Assembly (NCBI GenBank): GCA_965662235.1
Contig: CBFIGY010000046.1
Coordinates: 1 to 18,015, forward strand
Reading direction: 5' to 3'
DNA length: 18,015 nucleotides
Source: an uncultured bacterium
GTDB lineage: Bacteria; SAR324; NAC60-12
Positions 7,518-16,090 of this stretch are shown piece by piece (position 1 is the first letter of the stretch; the number at the start of each line of letters is the position of its first letter). The notes beneath the pieces were generated by a model. The model was not told the DNA's origin, searched no databases, and saw only the letters and a list, made by a program, of their open reading frames with translations. Both the position numbers and the translations under genes were made by a program.

Positions 7518-10031
7518 ATGAATGTCCCGAATCGCTTAACGTCGCTTGTCCGGCTCACCTTCCTGCTGCCTCTGCTGGTGGTGACGCTGCTGCTGTCCGG
7601 ATGCCTCAAGGTGGCGGTGCCAACGGTTCCAGAAGCGCCGGCCGCCGCAACCGCCCCCTCGCCTCCGCGCTCCGAGGCACCGCTCTCCTTTGTCCCCTTC
7701 CCAGACCTGGGCGCCGATGCTCTGGCGGTGGGGGCTCCCACCCCTTACGGAAATACCTTCCAGAAGCCGTGGGTGCAGGCGATGCAGGCGGCGCGCTTGG
7801 GCAATGGCCCGGGAGCCCTGCAGCGTCTGACAGACGCGGAGCAGGCGACCTCGGTGCCTGGAGAACGCTGGGAGCTGGCTGTGCTGCGGATCCGGGTGCT
7901 GCTGCAGATGGGGCAGGCGGCGGACGCGTTGGATCAGCTGGAACCGGCCGCCCGCTGGGAAGAGGCCTTTCTGGGGCAGACACTGGTCACCACCTCCCTC
8001 CGTGGCGAGGTTCTGCTGTGGCTGGAAAAAACCGAGGAGGCGCGTCAGCAGGTGACCCCACTTCTGCAGGCGGCGCAGGGGTGGAGCTTTCCCACGGAGT
8101 ACCCACTGCCTCCGTCCAACCTCAAGGAGCTGGTGGCGTTTTCCACCGCTTACCTCCAGAGCCTCACCGTCATGGGGGGCTCATGGGTACTGGAAGGAGA
8201 GCCCCGCAAGGCGCTTCCGTGGCTCCGGGCCACGGAGCAGGAGTACCGCCGGCTGCATCAGGTGGCGCAGCACGGACTCTATGGCCAGTTCTTTCACCTT
8301 CCTCCTGAAAGCCTCTATGGCCGGGCCCTGAACCTGGCCTTCTTGGGGTCTGTGGAACTGGAGCTGCGTCCCGGAACCGACCCGGTGGCCTTTCAGCAGG
8401 CGCAGGACGGGTTTCAGAAACTGCGCTATGCGCCAGGACTCCTGCTTGTGGAAGCCCTCAAGGCCCGGGCGTTGCTGCAGTCAGGACAGCTGGAAGCCGC
8501 TGAAGCCCAGGCCCAGCGCACCCTGAAGCAGGCGCAGCAGGCCCAGGCCGCCGACCTGATCTGGCGCATTGCCGCCTTGCTCGGAGAAGCGCAGGCCGCT
8601 CAGGGCAAGGGGGAAGCCGCTGAGCGTTCGTACCGGGCGGCCCAAGCGGCTCTGGATCAGGTTTCGGGAACCTTGGCCAGTGACCGGTCCCGGACCCGTT
8701 TTGGCGTCGGCAAGGCTCAGATCGACCAGTTCCTCATCAACCGAGACTGGGACCAGCAGGAAGCGGCCCAGCTGTTTGAGGATCTGGAGCGGGGACGCGC
8801 CCGGGCCTTCATGGACCTCCTCGCCGACCGGGGCCTTACCCAGAGCCCAGACCTTCCGGAGGTGCAGGCCCTACAGGCTTTGGATCACCGCATTGTTCAA
8901 GCTCGCCTGCAGCAGTCGCTGGCGCTTCCGGAGGCCCAGGAGGTGACGCCGCTGCTACAGGAACGGCAGACCCTGCTGCAGGCCTTGCGGACCAAGAGTC
9001 CGGACTGGGCCGAGGTCTTTAGTGTGGAGGCGGTGTCCCTGGCCGACCTCCAGGAGCAGCTGACCCCAGGGGAACGGATGGTGTATGTGCTGCCTCCGAC
9101 AGAGGAAGGCGAGCTGCGCCTGCTGGTCATTGAGGCCGAGTCCACAGACTGGGTGACATTGGACGCGGAGCTCTACGACCTAGAGGAGGCGCTGGGCGAT
9201 TTTGCCGCAGTGCTTGGGCTTCCGGATGAAGAAGAGTGGGCGGCGGAGACGCTGGTGGAGGTGCTGGATCACCCGGTGTGGTCTGGCGCCGAGGTGCTCT
9301 ATGTGGTTCCCTCCGGCCCCTTTCACTTTGTGCCCTGGGGAGTGGTGAGCACCGAGGCTCCTGTGGTGGTGCTTCCGACAGGAAGCTGGCGCCTGCGGAA
9401 GCTGCAGCCACCGCAGTCCCGGCAGCCGTCGGTGGTGGTGGGAAATCCGGAGTTCGGAGGAGTGCTGGATCCGCTCCCCGGGGCTGAGGCGGAGGCTCGT
9501 TTTGTGGCGGACCTCCTGCAGACGCGTCCGCTGCTGGGACATCAGGCCACCTGGGAGGCCTTGCAGGCTCAGGTGGGACAGGGCACAGCGGTGCTGCACC
9601 TGGCCACCCATGGCATTTACGAAAGCACAGATCCGCTCCGCTCCGCCTTCTTCCTCACGGACCAGGAACAGGCGGTTCCGATTACGGCGTCACAGCTGCT
9701 GCAACAGCCGCTTCCGGCTCGGCTGGTTGTGCTTTCTGCTTGTGAAACGGGGCTGGGCAAAACGGTTGCCGGAGAGGACCTGCTGGGGCTGAGCCGGAGC
9801 TTCTACTTGGGGGGCAGCGTGGCCGTGCTGGCGAGCCTCTGGCCGGTGGAAGATGCAGGGACCCAGCAGTTCATGCAGGTCTTTTATCAAACGGCTCGGC
9901 AGTCCGGAAGCCTGGCTGACGCCTGGTGGGCGGCTCGGCAGGCCCTGCAGGATTCCGGGTTCTCTCCTTCGGTCTATGGCGCCTTTGTGCTCGGAGGCTC
10001 AGCAGGCCTATCGCTTTCTCCTCAACCTTGA
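7518..10031 (+). CDS. Predicted lipoprotein with alpha-helical/TPR-like region and C-terminal CHAT (caspase/separase-like, clan CD) peptidase domain, ~837 aa
   Basis: GGAGG SD at 7508-7512; signal peptide ending LLLSG-C (Cys codon 7602-7604); Pro/Ala linker; helical repeats; ERGRARAFMDLL; VVPSGPFHFVPW; LPGAEAEA; catalytic motifs VLHLATHG (His 9609-9611) and LVVLSACETG (Cys 9741-9743); SLWPVED. Confidence 0.92.
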   Translation: MNVPNRLTSLVRLTFLLPLLVVTLLLSGCLKVAVPTVPEAPAAATAPSPPRSEAPLSFVPFPDLGADALAVGAPTPYGNTFQKPWVQAMQAARLGNGPGALQRLTDAEQATSVPGERWELAVLRIRVLLQMGQAADALDQLEPAARWEEAFLGQTLVTTSLRGEVLLWLEKTEEARQQVTPLLQAAQGWSFPTEYPLPPSNLKELVAFSTAYLQSLTVMGGSWVLEGEPRKALPWLRATEQEYRRLHQVAQHGLYGQFFHLPPESLYGRALNLAFLGSVELELRPGTDPVAFQQAQDGFQKLRYAPGLLLVEALKARALLQSGQLEAAEAQAQRTLKQAQQAQAADLIWRIAALLGEAQAAQGKGEAAERSYRAAQAALDQVSGTLASDRSRTRFGVGKAQIDQFLINRDWDQQEAAQLFEDLERGRARAFMDLLADRGLTQSPDLPEVQALQALDHRIVQARLQQSLALPEAQEVTPLLQERQTLLQALRTKSPDWAEVFSVEAVSLADLQEQLTPGERMVYVLPPTEEGELRLLVIEAESTDWVTLDAELYDLEEALGDFAAVLGLPDEEEWAAETLVEVLDHPVWSGAEVLYVVPSGPFHFVPWGVVSTEAPVVVLPTGSWRLRKLQPPQSRQPSVVVGNPEFGGVLDPLPGAEAEARFVADLLQTRPLLGHQATWEALQAQVGQGTAVLHLATHGIYESTDPLRSAFFLTDQEQAVPITASQLLQQPLPARLVVLSACETGLGKTVAGEDLLGLSRSFYLGGSVAVLASLWPVEDAGTQQFMQVFYQTARQSGSLADAWWAARQALQDSGFSPSVYGAFVLGGSAGLSLSPQP

Positions 10032-10043
10032 TAAGGAACTCCC

Positions 10044-10838
10044 ATGAAGTTTACCGTCCGGGATACCCCTGTTTTTGCCACCACCGGAGGCCGCCCCTTT
10101 GACGCCTCTCATCCGGTCCTGCTGTTCTTGCATGGGGCCGGCATGGACCACACCGTCTGGGCGCTCCAGACGCGGTACTTTGCTCACCACGGGTGGGCGG
10201 TGCTGGCTCTGGACTTCCCGGGGCATGGGCACTCCGGTGGAGAGGCGTTGCCTTCCATTGAAGCCATGGCTGAGTGGATTCCCGAGGTTCTGGAAACGTT
10301 GGGAGTCCCGGCTGCATCGCTGGTGGGACACTCCATGGGGTCGCTTGTGGCGTTGGAGGCTGCGGCACGTTTTCCAGAGCAGATCCGCCAGATCGCGCTC
10401 CTGGGCACTTCCGCTCAGATGCCGGTGCACCCGGACCTGCTGGCTGCCGCCCAGGCGAACCAAACGGTGGCTCAGGAGCTCATCACCTCGTGGGCTCACG
10501 GACGCGCCGGGCACCTTGGTGGCGTGGCGGTTCCGGGACTGTCGCTGCTCGGAGGAGGAAAGGCGTTGCTCGGGCAGGCGCCTGCAGGAGTGTTGGGGTC
10601 TGACCTGGCCGCCTGCAACGCCTATGCGTCCGGCCTGGAACGAGCCGCTGCGGTGACGTGTCCGGCGCTGTGCCTGCTGGGCGCTGAGGACAAGATGACT
10701 CCGGCACGCGAGGGAACCCGTCTGGGGAAGACGTTCCCGCAGGGCACCGTGGAGGTGCTGGCCGGTTCCGGGCACATGATGATGCTGGAAGCCCCGGACG
10801 CAACGCTGGACGTGCTCCGAAGCTGGCTACAGCCGTGA
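10044..10838 (+). CDS. Alpha/beta fold hydrolase, 264 aa
   Basis: HGAG oxyanion motif, DFPGHGHS, nucleophile elbow GHSMG, acid in EDKMT, His in SGHMMM; AAGGA SD; 12 nt after the CHAT gene stop. Confidence 0.93.
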   Translation: MKFTVRDTPVFATTGGRPFDASHPVLLFLHGAGMDHTVWALQTRYFAHHGWAVLALDFPGHGHSGGEALPSIEAMAEWIPEVLETLGVPAASLVGHSMGSLVALEAAARFPEQIRQIALLGTSAQMPVHPDLLAAAQANQTVAQELITSWAHGRAGHLGGVAVPGLSLLGGGKALLGQAPAGVLGSDLAACNAYASGLERAAAVTCPALCLLGAEDKMTPAREGTRLGKTFPQGTVEVLAGSGHMMMLEAPDATLDVLRSWLQP

Positions 10839-12005
10839 TGGCTGGGCAAAGACCCGGTCCAGACGCGTGAGGGCCTCGGCCATGCGCTCCGGAGAAACCG
10901 CAAAGCAGGCCCGCAGGAAGCCGGAGCCTTCTGGACCAAAGGCCTCTCCGGGGGCCAGCCCCACCTGAGCCTGATGCAGCAGGTCCTTGGCCAGCTGCAC
11001 CCCATCGGTCAACCCCTCCACTTTCAAAAAGGCGTAAAAGGCTGCCTCCGGAAGGTCCCAAGAGACACCGGGCCACTGGTCCAGGTGTCCCATTAGCAGG
11101 TCCCGGGACGCCTCGTAGCGCCCAACGCTTTCGGCAATAAACGCCTCCCCGTGAGCCAGGGCTGCGCGTCCCGCCTGCTGAACAAATCCTGGGGGACCGG
11201 CAATGTTGAACTCCATCAGCTTCTCCAGCGTCTCCGTCAGACGCTCCGGACCCGTCAGCCAGCCGAGGCGCCACCCGGTCATGGCCCAGGACTTGGAAAA
11301 GCTGTTCACCACGAGCACCGCGTCCTCCGGAGTCGTCCACTCACAGAACGACGGGGCCGCCGTCGCGTCATAGACCATCCGCGCATACACCTCATCCGCA
11401 ACAATCCAGATGCCCCGTTCCCGGGCAAAGGCGAGCACCGCCTGCTGCTGCTCCGCGGGCATCGTCCAGCCGGTGGGGTTGTTGGGGGAGTTGAGGAGGA
11501 TGACGCGGGCGGACACGCAGGCGTCAAGGAAGGCCTCAAGGTCGAGGCTCCAGCGCCCGGCGTTCCACTGCAACGGAACCGAGACCACCTCGGCACTGAG
11601 GATCTCCTGCACCGCAGGCAGGTTGGGCCAGGACGGGGTGGTGGTCACCACACGGTCTCCGGGAGCCACCAGCGCCTGTGCTGCCACCATGAGGGCGTTC
11701 ATTCCGGAGCCCGTGACAACGATGTTGCGGTCGGTGTAGTGGCTGCCGTAGAGGCGGTTGAGGTACGTCGCGAGCTCCTGACGCAGCGCAGGAAGGCCGG
11801 CGTTTGGTTGGTAAAACGTCTCGCCCTGATCAAGCGCCTGCTTGGCCGCCTCCCGGATGAAGTCGGGCGTGGGGACATCAGGCTCCCCAAACCAGAGGGG
11901 CAGGACGTCCGGAAGCGTCATGCCCAGGCGGGACACTTCACGGATCTTGGAGAAGGGCAGGTGCAGGACCTGCTCCCGGATGGCGGGTTGCTGGAAAGCG
12001 GACAC
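10827..12005 (-). CDS. PLP-dependent class I/II aminotransferase (aspartate aminotransferase-like), 392 aa
   Basis: GEPD, NSPNNPTG, ADEVY, PLP-lysine motif SFSKSWAMTGWRLG. GTG start with GGAG upstream; 3' end overlaps the hydrolase 3' end by 12 nt. Confidence 0.93.
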   Translation of the reverse strand: MSAFQQPAIREQVLHLPFSKIREVSRLGMTLPDVLPLWFGEPDVPTPDFIREAAKQALDQGETFYQPNAGLPALRQELATYLNRLYGSHYTDRNIVVTGSGMNALMVAAQALVAPGDRVVTTTPSWPNLPAVQEILSAEVVSVPLQWNAGRWSLDLEAFLDACVSARVILLNSPNNPTGWTMPAEQQQAVLAFARERGIWIVADEVYARMVYDATAAPSFCEWTTPEDAVLVVNSFSKSWAMTGWRLGWLTGPERLTETLEKLMEFNIAGPPGFVQQAGRAALAHGEAFIAESVGRYEASRDLLMGHLDQWPGVSWDLPEAAFYAFLKVEGLTDGVQLAKDLLHQAQVGLAPGEAFGPEGSGFLRACFAVSPERMAEALTRLDRVFAQPSRL

Positions 12006-12028
12006 AGAAAACTCCGGAACAAAAGGGG

Positions 12029-13633
12029 TTACATGCGGAAGATGCCGTACTGCGTGGGAGGCGTGGGAACCTGACGGGTGGTGGCCAGGGCAAGGCCCAG
12101 CACCGTCCGGGTGTCAGCAGGGTCGATGACGCCATCGTCCCAGAGCCGAGCGGTGGCATAATAAGGGTGCCCTTGGGTTTCATACTGCTCCCGGATGGGA
12201 GCCTTGAAGGCTTCCTCGTCTTCAGCACTCCAGGTGCTTCCGGAGGCTTCAAGGTTGTCCCGTTTCAAGGTGGCGAGAACCGAGGCCGCCTGTTCGCCTC
12301 CCATCACGGAAATGCGGGCGTTGGGCCACATCCAGAGGAAGCGAGGCTGGTACGCCCGTCCGCACATGCCGTAGTTCCCGGCGCCGTAGGAGCCTCCGAT
12401 GACCACCGTCAGCTTGGGCACCTGTGCGCAGGAAACCGCGGTCACCAGCTTGGCGCCATCTCGGGCAATGCCCCCGTGCTCATACTGCTTCCCGACCATG
12501 AAGCCGGTGATGTTCTGGAGGAAAACGAGGGGCCGGTTCCGTTGGACGCAGAGCTCCACAAAGTGAGCGCCCTTGAGGGCTGACTCAGAGAAGAGGATAC
12601 CGTTGTTGGCAATGATGCCCACTGGCATTCCGTGGATCTCTGCAAACGCGGTCACCAGCGTGGTGCCATAGAGGGCCTTGAACTCGTGAAACTCGGAGCG
12701 GTCCACCACCCGAGCGATCACCTCCCGGACGTCATAGGACTTCCGAGGGTCGTGAGGGAGCACCCCATAGAGCTCTTCCGGAGCGTAACGGGGGGCGTCT
12801 CCTCCTGCAGGGGCCGGGACGGGAGTGGGACGGGGGAGGCCACGCACGATGTCTCGGGCCAGGGAAAGCGCATGCCGGTCGCTGTGGGCCAGGTGGTCGG
12901 CGACTCCGGAGATGCGGGTGTGAACCTCGCCTCCGCCGAGTTCCTCTGGGGTGACCACCTCACCGGTGGCGGCTTTGACCAAGGGGGGGCCACCGAGGAA
13001 GATGGTTCCCTGGTTGCGGACAATCACCGTTTCGTCACACATTGCCGGAACGTAGGCTCCTCCGGCAGTGCAGGAACCGAGGACCACCGCAATCTGGGGG
13101 ATGCCCTGTGCCGAAAGGTGTGCCTGATTGTAAAAGATCCGGCCAAAGTGATCCCGGTCGGGAAAGACCTCATCCTGCATCGGCAAAAAAGCCCCTCCGG
13201 AGTCCACCAGGTAGAGGCAGGGAAGGCGGTTCTCCCGGGCAATCTCCTGAGCCCGCAGGTGCTTCTTGACGGTCATCGGGTAGTAGGTGCCTCCTTTGAC
13301 GGTGGCGTCATTGGCGACGATCATCACCTCCCGGCCGGCAACCCGACCCACGCCTGCCAGCAGTCCTGCTGCCGGAACCTCGTTTCCATACAGCCCCCAG
13401 GCGGCAAGGGGGGCAATCTCCAAAAAGGGGCTTCCGGGGTCGAGCAGCAGGTCAATGCGTTCCCGGGGCAAGAGCTTTCCCCGAGCCGTGTGCTTGCGTC
13501 GAGCCCGTTCCGGTCCCCCCTGAGCCACCTGCTTCAGGGTCGCCCGGAGGTCCTGAGCGAGTGCCTGGTGGTGCGCGTGGTTTTCGGCAAAGGCGGCTCC
13601 ATGGACATCCAGTTTGCTTTCAAAGGGGGGCAT
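12029..13633 (-). CDS. mccB: 3-methylcrotonyl-CoA carboxylase carboxyltransferase (beta) subunit, ~534 aa
   Basis: [86 protein letters not shown]-terminal YGIFRM. Start moved to ATG 13633, which gives the usual MccB/LiuB length. Confidence 0.93.
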   Translation of the reverse strand: MPPFESKLDVHGAAFAENHAHHQALAQDLRATLKQVAQGGPERARRKHTARGKLLPRERIDLLLDPGSPFLEIAPLAAWGLYGNEVPAAGLLAGVGRVAGREVMIVANDATVKGGTYYPMTVKKHLRAQEIARENRLPCLYLVDSGGAFLPMQDEVFPDRDHFGRIFYNQAHLSAQGIPQIAVVLGSCTAGGAYVPAMCDETVIVRNQGTIFLGGPPLVKAATGEVVTPEELGGGEVHTRISGVADHLAHSDRHALSLARDIVRGLPRPTPVPAPAGGDAPRYAPEELYGVLPHDPRKSYDVREVIARVVDRSEFHEFKALYGTTLVTAFAEIHGMPVGIIANNGILFSESALKGAHFVELCVQRNRPLVFLQNITGFMVGKQYEHGGIARDGAKLVTAVSCAQVPKLTVVIGGSYGAGNYGMCGRAYQPRFLWMWPNARISVMGGEQAASVLATLKRDNLEASGSTWSAEDEEAFKAPIREQYETQGHPYYATARLWDDGVIDPADTRTVLGLALATTRQVPTPPTQYGIFRM

Positions 13634-13981
13634 GTCAACCGAATCTTTCTCAACCGAAGTTGCAATTTGTTCAAAAACGACCGGGATCTGAGACCCTGTT
13701 TGCAGAAAATCTTGAATCTGCTGGACGCCTTCGGCAATCATTGCCTTTTCTTTTTGAGCAAAAGCGTCTCAAAAGAAAGGGTCCCTCATGCGCAGGGGCC
13801 TCCCGTGGCGTCTCTTTTGCTTGAAATCAAGCCGAGCTTTTCTCACCTGAGTGGTGGATTCCGGAGGTTGAGCCTCTCTGGAAAACCGGAGTTAGGTTCC
13901 GCCTGCAGAGTCGGTTAGGTAGAAAGCCAGGATGCGGATTATGTCCTAAACTTTAATACGGATCAAGCGGACGCAATTAAA

Positions 13982-15007
13982 ATGAGTACGGTGAGTTCTC
14001 TGGGGTTTTACATGCCGGCCGAATGGCGCCGACACACACGTTGCTTCATGGGCTGGCCCTGCCGGGAAAGTACATGGGGAGAAGGCATGCCTGCCGCCAA
14101 GCGGGCCTATGCGCAAGTTGCCCAAGCCACAGTGGCCTTTGAGCCGGTGGTGATGGTGGCGCGCCCGCAGGATGCCGACGAAGCACGAGAACACTGTGGT
14201 CCGGAGGTGGAGGTCCTCTCCATCCCAATTGATGATTCCTGGACCCGGGACAGTGGTCCCACGTTTGTCATTGACCGCAAGGGCAACCTAGCGGGCATTG
14301 ACTGGGAGTTCAATCAGTGGGGGGCCGACTATCCGGACATTGAAGACGACGCGGACTTTGCGCGGCGGTTGCTCACTCACTATGGCATCCGGACCTTCTC
14401 GGCGCCGCTGGTGCTGGAGGGCGGCTCGATTCACGTCGATGGGGAGGGAACCCTGTTGACGACGGAGCAGTGCCTGCTGCACCCCAACCGCAACCCCGAC
14501 CTGGAGCAGGATGAAATTGAGCAGCTGCTCAAGGAATTCCTGGGCATCCACCAGATCATCTGGCTGGGAGACGGGCTGCTGGACGATGAAACCGATGGGC
14601 ACATCGACAACATCGCCTGCTTTGTGAAACCGGGAGTGGTGCTGGCTCTGACAACCAGTGATCCGGAGGATGAGAATTATGAGGTCCTGCAGGACAACCT
14701 CAGTCGCCTCCGACACGCCACCGACGTCCGGGGCCGCAAGCTGGAGGTGATTCCCGTGGAACAGCCGGAGCCGCAGTGGAAGGACGACGTGCGGCTGGCC
14801 ATGTCGTACATCAACTTCTACCTCCCCAACGGGGGCGTGGTGCTGCCGTCCTTTGAGGATCCGGAACGCGATCAAGCGGCCCGGGAGACGCTACAGCAGG
14901 CCTTCCCGGACCGTAAGGTGGTGCAGGTTCCTGCAATGGACATTGTCTCCGGAGGCGGAGGCATCCACTGCATCACGCAGCAGCAGCCGGAGACTTCCAC
15001 CAAGTAG
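13982..15007 (+). CDS. aguA: Agmatine deiminase, 341 aa
   Basis: GFYMPAEW, DDSWTRDSGPTF, LEGGSIHVDGEGT, NRNP, TDGHIDN, SYINFY, catalytic Cys in GGGGIHCITQQQP. Confidence 0.94.
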   Translation: MSTVSSLGFYMPAEWRRHTRCFMGWPCRESTWGEGMPAAKRAYAQVAQATVAFEPVVMVARPQDADEAREHCGPEVEVLSIPIDDSWTRDSGPTFVIDRKGNLAGIDWEFNQWGADYPDIEDDADFARRLLTHYGIRTFSAPLVLEGGSIHVDGEGTLLTTEQCLLHPNRNPDLEQDEIEQLLKEFLGIHQIIWLGDGLLDDETDGHIDNIACFVKPGVVLALTTSDPEDENYEVLQDNLSRLRHATDVRGRKLEVIPVEQPEPQWKDDVRLAMSYINFYLPNGGVVLPSFEDPERDQAARETLQQAFPDRKVVQVPAMDIVSGGGGIHCITQQQPETSTK

Positions 15008-15010
15008 GCG

Positions 15011-15595
15011 TTACGCCCCTCTCTTCAGAAAGGCGGCCCCAAACCAGGCGTAGAGCTTGATGTCTAGGGCCGTCCCAGCCGCTTCTTCCTGAGCAAACAG
15101 CTCCAGGGCGTCCTCCGGGGCCACGAGGAGCACTTCCATGAATTCCGAAGGCTCCCGCTCATGGATGGGATTCTGGTTTTCCGGAAGCGTCTCATCCACC
15201 CGGACGTGTGCGTAGGCGCAGCCTTCTGAGATCAGTCCGGGAGAAGAAAAGCCCCGTGGGCTGACCGCGGTCACGGTCCCGACGTACCCCGTCTCTTCCT
15301 TCAGCTCCCGCACAGCGGCTTCGGCAAACCCCTCTCCTGCGTCCACCAGTCCTGCCGGAAATTCGAGCACCGGACGTCCCACCGGAGGCCGGAACTGCCG
15401 CACCAGCACCACGCGTCCGGAAGGCTCCAGGGTGGTGACAATGATCACCGCCTCGGAGCGACTGGAGCGGTGCACGCACTCCCACTTACGGGTGGCGCCT
15501 CGGGCATCTTCATAGGTAATCTCCGCCAGCTCCGTCCACGTTGTCTTCAGGAGCGTCTTCTCGTGGAGCACCCGGCACTTTGATGAATCAGTCAT
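15011..15595 (-). CDS. Nudix hydrolase, ADP-ribose pyrophosphatase type, 194 aa
   Basis: Nudix box GLVDAGEGFAEAAVRELKEETGY preceded by LVRQFRPP..LEFPA; downstream SPG proline typical of ADPRases; AAGGA SD. Confidence 0.92.
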   Translation of the reverse strand: MTDSSKCRVLHEKTLLKTTWTELAEITYEDARGATRKWECVHRSSRSEAVIIVTTLEPSGRVVLVRQFRPPVGRPVLEFPAGLVDAGEGFAEAAVRELKEETGYVGTVTAVSPRGFSSPGLISEGCAYAHVRVDETLPENQNPIHEREPSEFMEVLLVAPEDALELFAQEEAAGTALDIKLYAWFGAAFLKRGA

Positions 15596-15623
15596 GTGGT
15601 TCCTTGTTCAGGCTCAGGGCCGG

Positions 15624-16082
15624 TTACCCCACAATGTAGGTGCCGGTTCCGGTGGCAATGAGGACGCCCTGATCGTTGTGCAGCTCCATGCGGGCGACCG
15701 CGACCTTGCTTCCGGTCCGGAGGATGCTGCCGGTGGCAACAAACGAGCTCCCCAGCCCCGCACGGAGGTAGTCCACTCGCATGTCGATGGTGCCAATCTT
15801 GGCAAAACGTTCGGCAATCTCCTCAAAGGAGCGTCCCTCCATCTGCTTCATGATGCCGACCCACGACATCATCCCGCCGACGACGTCCAGCACCGACGCA
15901 ATCACCCCCCCGTGCAGGTTCCCGCGGGTGAAGTTTCCCACCAGCTCCGGACGCATCTCAAAGCGGATGCGGATGGCCTCAGAGAGGTCGAGGGACTCCA
16001 CCTTGAGGCCCAGGACCTTGTTGAAGGGAATCAGCTCTTCGGTGATCTCATGCAGAAGCTGAAGGAGGCGTTGTGTGGGCAT
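15624..16082 (-). CDS. PaaI/hot-dog fold thioesterase (YigI-like), ~152 aa
   Basis: IPFNKVLG, ELVGN..LHGGVIASVLD, GTIDMRVDYLR, G.KVAVARMEL. ATG 16082 chosen (GAGGA SD; avoids overlap with the upstream gene). Confidence 0.9.
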   Translation of the reverse strand: MPTQRLLQLLHEITEELIPFNKVLGLKVESLDLSEAIRIRFEMRPELVGNFTRGNLHGGVIASVLDVVGGMMSWVGIMKQMEGRSFEEIAERFAKIGTIDMRVDYLRAGLGSSFVATGSILRTGSKVAVARMELHNDQGVLIATGTGTYIVG

Positions 16083-16090
16083 GGAATTCC

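Noticed and set aside
13634..13741. 36-aa N-terminal extension of MccB
   Set aside because: Family-like sequence begins near ATG 13633, which gives the usual length.
13893..13932. Guanidine-I (ykkC) riboswitch-like fragments TAGGTTCCG and GGTAGAAAGCC upstream of aguA
   Set aside because: The context is attractive, but both fragments deviate from the consensus and are too close together to hold the P1/P2 helices. An Infernal search with the ykkC-yxkD model would settle it.
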